A stretch of DNA of 64,000 nt, taken from positions 2,944,001 to 3,008,000 of the forward strand of contig OY781089.1 of assembly GCA_963676565.1 (NCBI GenBank). The letters are read 5' to 3'. The stretch's first letter is position 1, and each line of letters starts with the position of its first letter. This DNA comes from Halarcobacter sp. GTDB taxonomy: Bacteria > Campylobacterota > Campylobacteria > Campylobacterales > Arcobacteraceae. The translations under genes and the position numbers were made by a program. This document shows, piece by piece, positions 36,623 to 49,500 of the stretch. Under the pieces are notes generated by a model that saw only the letters and a program-made list of their open reading frames with translations, was not told the origin of the DNA and did no database searches.

Positions 36623-36687
36623 GATGTGTTCCTTAAGAGTCAAAAAATAATTTTTATTTTAACAAATTGTGTGATTTATTATCTCAT

Positions 36688-36720
36688 AATTTAGCATATG
36701 AAGCTTTAAGAAAACTTTAA
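36688..36720 (-). promoter_or_regulatory. Putative T1SS operon promoter TTAAAG-N5-TTAAAG-N10-TAAATT
   Basis: Direct hexamer repeat with 11-bp period plus extended -10 (TGcTAAATT). Confidence 0.5.
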
Positions 36721-36778
36721 CTAAAATAATTTAGTTTCTAATTTGTAATAAAAGTAACACTTAAGGTTAAAAAGATTA

Positions 36779-37468
36779 ATGGCATATTCACTCAAAGAGA
36801 TTTTAAAAAGCTTGAAAGTTCTTTTTATCTCAAAAAAAGAATTGATAAGTGAAAAAGAAAATAATATATTGAATATTTTTTTTGACAAAGTAATAATTAC
36901 TCATACAAGTGGTATTGGTATAAGAAAATTTTGTGAAATGCACCCAGATGTGGTTATTACAGACTTTGACTTAGCAAATGGTTGTGGCATTGAATTATGT
37001 AAAAAAATTAGAAAACATAATCCTACTATCCCAATAATAATATTAACAGAAAACAAAAATGAAAAATACCTTCTCGAAGCAATAAGAATTCAAGTTATTG
37101 ATTTTGTAGTAAGACCAACAAAAGCTGAAGATTTAATATATTCTTTAAATTTAACTGCAAAATATTTATTAAATCATGGAAATGTTACAATAAAACTCTC
37201 AAATGGCAACATTTATGACTATCAAGAAAAAACTATTTTAAAAGATAACAAAATTTTGTGTAAACTTACAAAAAATGAATTTAGACTTTTAGAGCTTCTA
37301 ATTTCAAACAAAGGACAAACCATAAATAAAGAAGAAATTGAAAGTTATCTTTGGGCAGATGAACAAATAACGGACTCAGCTTTTAAATCACTTTTTTCAA
37401 GACTTAGACAAAAAATCGGGAAAGAGAATATCAAAAATAGTTTTGGAATTGGGTATCAGTTAGTTTAA
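36779..37468 (+). CDS. OmpR-family response regulator (atypical receiver, no kinase in window)
   Basis: Receiver domain PDVVITD plus winged helix LTKNEFRLL...RLRQKIG...GIGY. Confidence 0.9.
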   Translation: MAYSLKEILKSLKVLFISKKELISEKENNILNIFFDKVIITHTSGIGIRKFCEMHPDVVITDFDLANGCGIELCKKIRKHNPTIPIIILTENKNEKYLLEAIRIQVIDFVVRPTKAEDLIYSLNLTAKYLLNHGNVTIKLSNGNIYDYQEKTILKDNKILCKLTKNEFRLLELLISNKGQTINKEEIESYLWADEQITDSAFKSLFSRLRQKIGKENIKNSFGIGYQLV

Positions 37469-37499
37469 AAAAAAGCCGAGAAATCATTCTCGGCTTTTT
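37467..37499. terminator. Bidirectional rho-independent terminator
   Basis: aaaaagccgagaa-atca-ttctcggcttttt between convergent genes. Confidence 0.9.
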
Positions 37500-37505
37500 A
37501 AGAAT

Positions 37506-40500
37506 TTAGATATTTGTATCTTCTACATTAAGTGAATCAATTAAAAGTTTAACACTTGAATCTGTAACACCTTCATAAATATCTAAGCCTGTATCTACAT
37601 CAGTATTACCAGTAGCAGTCCATTCATTAGTTAAATCTAATTTAACTGTATCTCCACTATCTGTTTCTATTTTTAATGTATTATCACTATCAGTCATAGC
37701 TAATACATCACCAACACTAATATTTGATAGAATATGATCGCCACTTGATAAATCTATTTCATCAATAGAATTACCAGAAGATAAAAGTTGACCTTCAGTG
37801 ATTGCATTTTGAAGAAGCGCAGACATATCTGTGATACCATCATCAACATCATCTTGGATAAATAATACTTCATCACCTGATAAGTTAGGAACAATTTCAG
37901 TATCATCTTCCAATGAAGTAATTTTAACATCTTTAAATACTCCATTAAAATCTTCATTTGTTGTGCTTCCTACAGTATAATTACTATCATTTACAGCAAC
38001 CATTGCTGATGGACTATCTCCCATCGAATCATCAAGTCCTACAGATTGACCATCAATAAATATTGTTGCACCATTTATTGGATCATAATTTACTTCAATT
38101 GAATGCCACTCATCTATTGTTAATGAATCAATTGTTACTGCTTTGTATACCCCTCCATTTACAAGTGGAATATAAAGTTGTAAATATGTTCCTGGATTAT
38201 GAGGTGAATTATGATCTGCATCACCAAATTCAATTAAAAATGAATTACTACCATTATCATTTTGTCTGAAGAAAGTTTCTGAATTACTATCTAATTTAAC
38301 ATCTGCCTCAAACTTAAACCCTGAACTAAAATTAAGACCAGTCATGTCGATATTGTCAACATCTGATGAAACAGTTGCAACTTCAAATTCAGGAAGATCA
38401 TCAGTTCCTGTAATATTAATAGTTAATGTAGATACTTGTGTAACTCCATTTTCATCAGTTATAGTATATGAGAAAGTTTCACTAACTTGTTCTCCTTCTG
38501 ATAATTCATTTACTATATCTCTATCATTATAAAGATTATAGATATATTCACCACTTTTTGCATCTACCATGATATTTCCATATACTCCAGAAATATGGAA
38601 TCCCTCATAAAGTTGTCCATTAATTGTATGAGTTGCAACTGTACTTGATATAACTTGTGGAGAAGTCATCTCTAAACCTATAATCTGAATAGCATCATCA
38701 TTGTCTATATCTACATCTTTATCATTTGTAAGAATATTTCCGCTGATTTGTGATTTTGTTGTGATACCAGAGGCTGCTTCATTTACACTATTTGTATCAG
38801 CAACTACAATTGGCTCATCATCATGAATACTTACAATCAATGCTGAACTTGCTGCATCTCCATCTGCATCTGTAATTGTATATCCAAATCCTAGTTTAAT
38901 CAGAGTTTCTGATCTACCATTATGATCTAATGGCTCTTTTTGTGTAAATATGTAATCTCCATTCTCATTATATGTAAATGTGAATACAACTGTTCCATCT
39001 GCTTTAGCTCCTGTAATAACATTTCCTACTTGAGTCGCTGTTACTGCATCTCCTCCTGATGTTAAGTTATTATAGTCTGCAGTATTTGAAATATGCATCT
39101 CTGTTACTATAGCTTCATCTGCACCTTCATTGATTCTTCCTAATGTTCCTGTCACAACTGCTTCATCAAAAATCCCATCATTATTTGCATCGGCTTCTGT
39201 TGTACTTGCACTTGACATTCCATCTATTGTTGGTACATCATCAATGATATTTATACTAAAATAGTCTACATCTGTATCTCCATCACCATCTGTTACTGTA
39301 TAGCTATATCTTAATAACAATTCTTCATCTTGTCCTGTAAGACTTGATTGAGGATGATCTATTGGACCTTCTAATGTGAATTCATAGTTACCATCTGGTT
39401 GCACAACTAATGTATAAACTGGAGTAGTATTTGCTAATGCTGTAATTGTAATTACTCCATTTACATCTACCATTTGTGTTGCAATAACTGGCTCACCATT
39501 TGACGTTAAAGCTATTGGTGGATTTCCTTGTCCATCATAAACCATAACTTGTGAACCTTCTCCCCAGAAGTTTACATCTGTCAAAGTAGCTCCATCTTCT
39601 CCTCCATCAAAGATTAATTGTCCATTTACACTTGCTGGAACTAAAGAGTCTATATCTACTTCTGAAATATCTTTTCTTCCTCCATAATCTGCAACTGGCG
39701 TATCATCTGCAATTTTTACTCCAAAGTTACTTGTTGACGTATCTCCATCTGCATCTGTTACTGTGAATTTTAATTTCAACAACAAGTCATCTTCTTGTGT
39801 ACTTCCTATTGGATGATCTATTGCCTCTTTTTGTACAAAGGTAAAGCTTCCATCTGATTGAGCTTCTAATCTAAATACTTCTGTATCATCTGATAGTTTC
39901 CCTACCATTGTCATTCCATTATCTTCATATGTTACTACTACTGCTTCTCCACCTGAAGTTAATGTAAATGCTGTCCCATTTGGTCCATCATATATTTTTA
40001 CTGTTCCGTCATTAGCATTTTGCCAATGGTGGAATACTGATGTTACTTCTGCTCCATCTGCTCCACCATCAAAGTTTAATTGTCCATTTACTACTGTATT
40101 TAAACTCGTCTCATCTGCTAATACTGGTGCTGTCCATGATGATAATGGTACATCATCTTTAATTAATAAATCAATCTCATTCTCTAGTGTATCTCCATCT
40201 GCATCTATTGCTTTAAATGCTAGGGTAAATGCTGAAGTATTCGCTTGTCCATGTTGTGGATGTAATGCATCTGCATGTAACAAGTTTGCATTTTGAGTAT
40301 ATGTATATGCCCCTGTCTCTGCATTATCCATTGTTACTTGTGCTACTTGTACTTGCACTCCACCTTGATCTTGGAATATTAATAGTGTCCCATTTGCATC
40401 TACATCAAATGTAATTCCATTTACTGTATTTACATCGAAAGTACTATTTACTGCATCCCATTCAAATGTTCCTCCATCTGCTCCTAGGCTTACTGCCATA

Positions 40501-43500
40501 CTCAATGCTTTTCCTGTCATATTCCATTGTTGATCTGTACCTTGTGCTCCGCCTGCTGAGTCATCTGCACTTATGATTCTCATATTATTTGTCATTTGTG
40601 AATCATTATATATCATCTCTGGTACATCATCAATGATTCTTACAGATAATGAACTTTCTAATGTATCTCCATCTTTATCTGTTGCTTCAAATATGAAGTT
40701 TATTGATTGACCTTCGTCTCTTCCTCCAGGATTTCCATCTGGTGCTGTATGATCTAATGAACCAATTAAATTCACATCATACGTTTTTCCATCTGAGTTT
40801 AATATTACTTCAAATACTGTCTCAGTTCCTGCTTTTGCAATAACTTTTCCTGGTATACTAAAGTCATAAGTAATTGGTACTCCACCTGAAGTTAGCTGAT
40901 CATGCATATATCCTTCTACTACTCCTGTAAAGGCTACACTTGCAAATCCATCTGCTCCATAATCTACTCTTAAACTTGCTGTTGTTGTATCTCCTACAGT
41001 TGACTCTTCTACTACTGCATTTTGTGCAATCCCATTTTGTGATAAACTTATTGGAGAATCATCCTCTACTCTTATTGTAGAGTATCCTGTTGCTGTGTCT
41101 CCATCTCCATCTGTAACAGTATATTGTAATACTAAATTTACTATCTCATCTTGATAGCTTCCTGAAGTTGAACCTTCTACATGATCTATTGGTGCATATT
41201 GTGTATAGGTATAATCTCCTGTCACTTCATCTACTACTATTGTAAATACTGTTACACCATTTGCTTTACCTGTGATATCTAGTCCTGCTCTTTCTAGTAC
41301 TATATCTTCACCTTGCGATTGTAAAAAATATCTTTCATTATTACTTACATATTTAGTCTGGATTTTATCCCCTACTTCATTTGCAAATCTTAATTCTGTT
41401 ACTGTTGCTCCATCTGCTCCACCATCGAAGTTTAACGATGTTCCTACTGTACTTAATGTTACAAAGCCATTTGCATCTGTAGTCTCTGTTACTACATATC
41501 CTGTTTGTCCATTATTTTGTGTATATCCACTCCATCCTGCTGTTGGTACATCATCTACAACTTGTAAAGTTACATTTCCACTTCTTACATCTCCATCAGA
41601 ATCTTCCGAATCATAGTCAAAACTTAAATATTTAGTTTCGCCATTATGTTGATTCATTAGATGATCTATTGGTTTAAATAATGTCATTGTGTAACTATTA
41701 GTATTAGTATATGAACCAACCGTTTGAGGTGTAGTATTATCTATTTCTAAAGTAAATACAACTTCATCTGTAGTTTGTGTTTTTGCTGTAATGGTTAAAC
41801 CATCTGCACTAACATCATAAACAACAGCTTCTCCACCAGAAGTTAGTCCATTTGGTACTGTTTGAGTTGTATTAAAAGTTATAGTTCCTGGTGTATCATC
41901 ACCAAACTCTATTCTAAATGCTTTTGTATCAGTTTCACTATCATCATTAGCATCATCAATTCCAACTTCATATACTTTAGCTTTATTATCTTTACTTGTA
42001 TCAACTAAAGGATTTCCTTGAGTATTAGCGATGAAATCTTGTACTGAATCAACTGTTACTGATGAAGTAGCACTATCAACACTTACAGTACCTTTTATTC
42101 CACCATAACTACTTGTGATGTCAACAGCCGTTGAGCCATTAACTAAATTGTATCCATTTTGATCCCATGCATGATATGTAATATCAGCACTTCCATAATA
42201 ATCTTCATTTGGTACAAATCTAACAAGAGATGAATCATAAAGCATCGTAGCATTAGTATCACTTGTACTATTATCAAAGTTAGTCCAAGAAGTTCCACCA
42301 TCAATTGAATACTGCCAAGTTCCATTTGTATTATCGATACCTGTTACTGCAATACCCTCTACTGCATCATCATCAAAATCACTAACAGAATTACCTAATA
42401 ATGCTGAAACTAATGTACCTGTATTATCAACATCTAAAACATCTTCATTGATTTCAGTTAAGTTAGCAACTAAATTACTATCAATAACTGGTTTATCATT
42501 TGTACCTAAAATATTTATAGTTGCAACAGCTTCATTACTTACTGCTCCATTATTGTCAATAATTGTGAATTTAAATGTATCTGTATCAGTATCTCCTGCA
42601 TCTAGGTGATCAAATACTGTTTCACCATTTGTTTTAAACATATTTAAGTTGTATTCAACTTTTCCATCTGCATTGATTCTTACAGCAACTCCACTATTAC
42701 TTTCAATCCAAGCTGTTGCATTTACACCATCATATGTTACTGTATCTCCTGCATCATTTGAGATTGAATTAACTCTTAAAGTATCATTTACATCTACATC
42801 ATATCCTGCAATAGAAGATAAATCATCTACTCCAAAATCACTTGTTGGATCAATAACAATTTGTTGACCTGCATTTTCCCAAACTTGTCCATTGTTTGCT
42901 GGTCCATCATGGATAAAAGATTTTGCAACTGGTTTATCATTTGTACCTGTAATTGTTATTGTTACTGTTTTAACTTCACTATGAGATGGTTCATTATTTG
43001 CATCTCCTGTAGTTCCAAAACCTTCCCAATCAGAAGCTTTATAATTAAATGATAAAGTTACTGTTTCACCATCTGCTAGAGTATTAAATTTTTCACTGAA
43101 TACTTTATATACTCTGCTTGTAGTCCATCCATTTCCATTCTCACCTTTTAAAGATACATCAATATCACTAGCAACTAAACCTATAGGGTTTGATAAAACT
43201 TCAACATCTCCAACTATTTTGTAATGAGGATTAGTATTATTAATATCTTCATCAGCTACTTTTGATAGTTTACCTTTAAATAATACATCTTCATTTCCAT
43301 TTTTATCTTTTAAATTTTCTTCAAAAATAATAGTTGATGGAGTATCCCCTAAAGTGATATTATCAACTACTGGTTGGTCATTTGTTCCTACTACTTCAAC
43401 TGTAACTGTTTTTGGAGATGAAAGATTTGTTTCACCATTTGCATCATTTGTTCCATCATTTGCTACAACATCAAAAGTAACTAACACTTTTTCTCCGGCA

Positions 43501-46500
43501 CTTAGATGATTGAATTCTGAATTATAAATAATGAAATCTCCAACATTAGCATTTACTTGAGGATAATTATCAAGGAAATCCTGTGTAACTTCAAGAATAC
43601 CTGAATTCTCCGGATTTGATATTGGATTATTTGGTCCTGATGCACTATTTTGATCAAATGTGTATTGGAAATTATTTGAATAAATTCCACCATCAAATAA
43701 GATTGAAGCACTAGCTAATTGTAAAGTATGTGTATCATTTACATCATCATCTGATATCACACTATTTGCAAATAAATCTTCTTGTGATAATACATAATAA
43801 TATTCTTCCCAAATAAAGTCAGTAATTAAATCATTTAACTCATAAATTCCATCAATTTTCGAAATAGATTGAATCACTGGTTGGTCATTTGTTCCTTGAA
43901 TATTTAATGTAACTGTATTTGCTTCTGATACATTTGTCTCTCCATTTGCATCATTTGTTCCATCATTTGCTACATAGTCAAAGCTTACACTTACACTATC
44001 ATCTACACTTAAGTGATCAAACAATGGGCTTGTTACTTCATATGATCCATCTTGATTTACTGTTACATTTAACAAACTCTCTGCTTCTAATGCACCTGCA
44101 TCATCTATTGACAATGTTAATCCTGTTACTGGATCTAATTGTGCTGTTACTCCTACTGTACCAAATGTTGAATTCACTATTGCCAATGCTGTTGCGATAT
44201 CTGGTGCTGCCATAAATGCTGCTATTGTACTTTGTACATCTATTGCTGGTATTGCATCTATTCCATTTGTCAATGCCGTTGTTACTTCTGGTATTGCTAC
44301 AATTTCAGCTAATACACTTTTTATATATGCTAAATCTTGATTCGCTATTGCTGTTAGCAATGTTGCATTTGTAGTATTTATACTTAATGATATTGTACTT
44401 CCATCTGCTCTTGCGAATGTATGTGTATCATTTACATCATCATCACTTACATAATTCCCTAATGCATATTGACTATCTGTACCAATTGTCAATGTTTGAT
44501 TATCTGGGTTACTTGCTAATTCTGATTCTAATACATCTATTGTTACTTCATCTACTACTGGCTGGTCATTTGTTCCTTGAATATTTAATGTAACTGTATT
44601 TGCTTCTGATACATTTGTCTCTCCATTTGCATCATTTGTTCCATCATTTGCTACATAGTCAAAGCTTACACTTACACTATCATCTACACTTAAGTGATCA
44701 AACAATGGGCTTGTTACTTCATATGATCCATCTTGATTTACTGTTACATTTAACAAACTCTCTGCTTCTAATGCACCTGCATCATCTATTGACAATGTTA
44801 ATCCTGTTACTGGATCTAATTGTGCTGTTACTCCTACTGTACCAAATGTTGAATTCACTATTGCCAATGCTGTTGCGATATCTGGTGCTGCCATAAATGC
44901 TGCTATTGTACTTTGTACATCTATTGCTGGTATTGCATCTATTCCATTTGTCAATGCCGTTGTTACTTCTGGTATTGCTACAATTTCAGCTAATACACTT
45001 TTTATATATGCTAAATCTTGATTCGCTATTGCTGTTAGCAATGTTGCATTTGTAGTATTTATACTTAATGATATTGTACTTCCATCTGCTCTTGCGAATG
45101 TATGTGTATCATTTACATCATCATCACTTACATAATTCCCTAATGCATATTGACTATCTGTACCAATTGTCAATGTTTGATTATCTGGGTTACTTGCTAA
45201 TTCTGATTCTAATACATCTATTGTTACTTCATCTACTACTGGCTGGTCATTTGTTCCTTGAATATTTAATGTAACTGTATTTGCTTCTGATACATTTGTC
45301 TCTCCATTTGCATCATTTGTTCCATCATTTGCTACATAGTCAAAGCTTACACTTACACTATCATCTACACTTAAGTGATCAAACAATGGGCTTGTTACTT
45401 CATATGATCCATCTTGATTTACTGTTACATTTAACAAACTCTCTGCTTCTAATGCACCTGCATCATCTATTGACAATGTTAATCCTGTTACTGGATCTAA
45501 TTGTGCTGTTACTCCTACTGTACCAAATGTTGAATTCACTATTGCCAATGCTGTTGCGATATCTGGTGCTGCCATAAATGCTGCTATTGTACTTTGTACA
45601 TCTATTGCTGGTATTGCATCTATTCCATTTGTCAATGCCGTTGTTACTTCTGGTATTGCTACAATTTCAGCTAATACACTTTTTATATATGCTAAATCTT
45701 GATTCGCTATTGCTGTTAGCAATGTTGCATTTGTAGTATTTATACTTAATGATATTGTACTTCCATCTGCTCTTGCGAATGTATGTGTATCATTTACATC
45801 ATCATCACTTACATAATTCCCTAATGCATATTGACTATCTGTACCAATTGTCAATGTTTGATTATCTGGGTTACTTGCTAATTCTGATTCTAATACATCT
45901 ATTGTTACTTCATCTACTACTGGTTGATCATTTGTTCCTGTGATTGTAAATGTGATAGTTTTATGTTCAGATTCAGAAGTCTCATTAATCCCATCTGTTC
46001 CATCTTTTCCTTGATTATCTACTGCGTAATATTCTACATTTACTGTTACTGTTTCACCTACTGCTAATTCTGTAAAATCTCCACCTATGCTATATGTTCC
46101 ATCTGGATTTATAGTAATATCTAAATCATCCAATGTGATTATTTCATTGTTATCTGAATCTAATGGACTATCTACAACTGTGATTCCATTTTCTGCAATA
46201 TAAAATTGATGTGTATCATTTACATCATCATCTGTTACTTCTAATGTTCCTGTGAAAATATTATTCCCATCTTCATCTAACAGTACTCCATTTTGGTTTG
46301 TATCTGCTGAGTCTGTATCTAATGTTTCATATAGTACAGAACTGTTATCAATAACATTAATCTGATTTCCATTTGCATTTAGAATTACTAAATTAGAAAC
46401 AGTCATCCCTACATCATTTATAAACATAGTTTCATTATTTGTAGGTACTGAGTCAAAATTCGCATCGCCTGAATCATACGCATGAGAAATTAAATTTCCA

Positions 46501-49500
46501 TCAACATAAAGATTAACAGTCCCATTTTCAAATACCATTTGGATATCATAATCTATCCCTGCAGAAAAGCTAAAGTCCGAATAAAAATGTTCATAACTAT
46601 CTCCCATTTGGAATAGTAAAGACTGATTATAAACAGGATGATTACTAATTGCAATATATGGTGCTGCTATGTACCCTGAATTTGGAGGAAAACCTTCACC
46701 TTGATATATTATTGGTGTATTTTGTGTTACTGCTGAGTCAAGGTTTAAAGTAAATGAAATTGTAAAACCATTTGGTGTTCCTTCAAATGGAATATGACCA
46801 ATATCTGAACCAGCTGATTGTAAATCATCTAAATTATTTAAGTTAATATTCTCTACTACTGGTTGGTCATTTGTTCCTGTGATTGTAAATGTGATAGTTT
46901 TATGTTCAGATTCAGAAGTTTCATTAATCCCATCGGTTCCGTCTTTTCCTTGATTATCTAATGCATAGTATTCTACTTCTACTGTTACAGTTTCACCTAC
47001 TGCTAATTCTGTAAAATCTCCACCTATGCTATATGTTCCATCTGGATTTATAGTAATATCTAAATCATCCAAGGTGATTATTTCATTGTTATCTGAATCT
47101 ACTGGACTATCTATTACTGTTATTCCATTTTCTGCTACATGGAAGGTATGTGTATCATTTACATCATCATCACTTACTGTTAATTTCCCAGTGAAAATAT
47201 TGTTCCCATCTTCATCTAACAGTACTCCGTTTTGGTTTGTATCTGCTGAGTCATCATCGTTTGTTTCGTAAACTATATCATTTGCCAACTCATCTTCTAC
47301 AGTATTATTTATATATATTTTTGCAGCTTCAATAAAATCTTGGAAACTAGAATCATCATATAACCAATTTGGATCAAAATAAGCCATCAATGGCATTGTA
47401 GAATAAATAACTGTTCCTGAACCATATTCATAAGAGAAAGCTACAACTTCATTACCATTTCCAGAAGTTAATAAAATTTTAGCTCCATCAGGTAAAGAAC
47501 TACTTTCAAAAGCCCCATGAATTGATGAACTTCCACCATCTAATGAAGAATCATCTAAATTTCCCAATGTACCATTCGACAATTCAACACCATCAGGACC
47601 AATATTAACATCAGCATTACTGTAAGACGAACTTACTAAAGTCTGTGTCAAACCAGGAAGAATAGAATTTGCTTCATATGGACTTCCGTCATTTATAATT
47701 AAAGTCATCCCATTATAAACTGAACTATGTATTGAAGCCAAATTATTTGTAAACTCAGAATTAGAACTATATTTATCAATATATAAAATATTTAGACTTT
47801 CAATATCTTGCGCTGTTAAATCATCTAAATCTTTTGATGAAAATCCACCTAATGATAATATCTCCTCTTGAATAACAGTTCCTGAACCTTCTGCCATATC
47901 ATAATAACCAACTAATCCCGACGAAACAAATTGATTAGGAATATCTGAAATTCCACTATTACTACCATTTAAATCCAAATTTTCTACTACTGGTTGGTCA
48001 TTTGTTCCTGTGATTGTAAATGTGATAGTTTTATGTTCAGATTCTTCTGGTTCATTGTTTACATCACCTAACCCTGCTCCACTATCATCTACTGCATAGT
48101 ATTCTATAGTTACAGTTGCAGTTTCTCCTACAGCTAATGAAGTAAAATCGCCACCTAAAGAATATGTACCATCAGTATTAATTGTTAAATCTAAATCAAT
48201 ATCATCTATTGATAATGTTGAATCATCAGCTAAATTTCCAAGTTCAAGATTTACTAACATTGGTTCTTGATCTGTTCCAATATTGTAGTTTCCTTCTTCT
48301 AAACTTGCCATAAAGAACTCATGAGTGTCATTATCGTCATCATCAGTTACTGTTAAAGTCCCTTCAAAAAGATTGTTAACTTCATCATCTCTTAATATTT
48401 CATTTCCATTTGTATCCTGAGAATCTACATCGATTGTTTCATAGACAACTTTTTTTCCTGAACCTAATGAATATGTAAAGTCATCCATTGCCCAATGTGA
48501 ACCACTTCCATTATCTTCTTGAACATCTGTTCCTGTTGGAGTATTATAAACTATTAATTGGTCTATATTATCCCAATTTAATTCGATTAATGTTGGTCCA
48601 TTATAATTTATTTCAATAGAATCAGAAGTATAAATAAGTTGACCGTTTAAATAACCTTCAAAAACTACATCTTGAGTTGTATACCAAGAAGATGTCATGT
48701 ATGTAGATTCAAAGGTAACAACTTCAGTAAAAGAAAAAGAAATTGGTGAAACTCCATTAGCATTATAAGCCACATTATCTCCACTAACTATACCGTTAAA
48801 ATATCCACTTGACGTAAGGTTGCTTCCATCTAGAACATATAAATTACTATCGTAAATAATTGAATCATCATCATTTTGATTTAATTCATCTTCAAAATCT
48901 TGAACTACTTGATCTTCACCTGAACCATTCAAATTCACATCAGTTACAACTGGAATATCATTTGTACCTTCAACTGTTAGAGTTACTGTTGCAATATTAC
49001 TTGTTGCACCTTCGATATCAGTAGCAAAATAATCAAAACTTACAGTTGCATATTCTCTTAAACCTAAGTCATTAAAATCACCACTAATTTCAAATGTTCC
49101 ATCTGGATTTAAAACTACTAATATATCATCATCTAGAACTGTAATCACACCATTTTCAGTTCCATCTTCATTGTAACTTGTAACAACAAGAGAACCTTCT
49201 ATTGGAGTAAATGTATGAAGTCCAATATCTTCTTCATCTTCATCAAATACAGTTAAAGTACCAGTTATGATATTTTTATCCCCAGCTCCTTCTTCTCCTA
49301 ATACTTCAATATCTTCTAAAGAAACATCAAATACTACTGGAGCAAAGTTTCCTATAATTGCGGCTGTAGGATCAAAAGTTCCTGCACCAGGAAGTCCATT
49401 TAATCTACCTGCTGTATCATCACTATTTGTACCATCTAAATCACCAGCACCTGCTGGATTGGCTGTTTGGTCTGAACCTGTTGGTGCTCCACCAGCTGCT

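Noticed and set aside
43882..45924. Possible CRISPR array or mobile element
   Set aside because: Long in-frame coding repeats with no spacers, terminal inverted repeats or cas genes.
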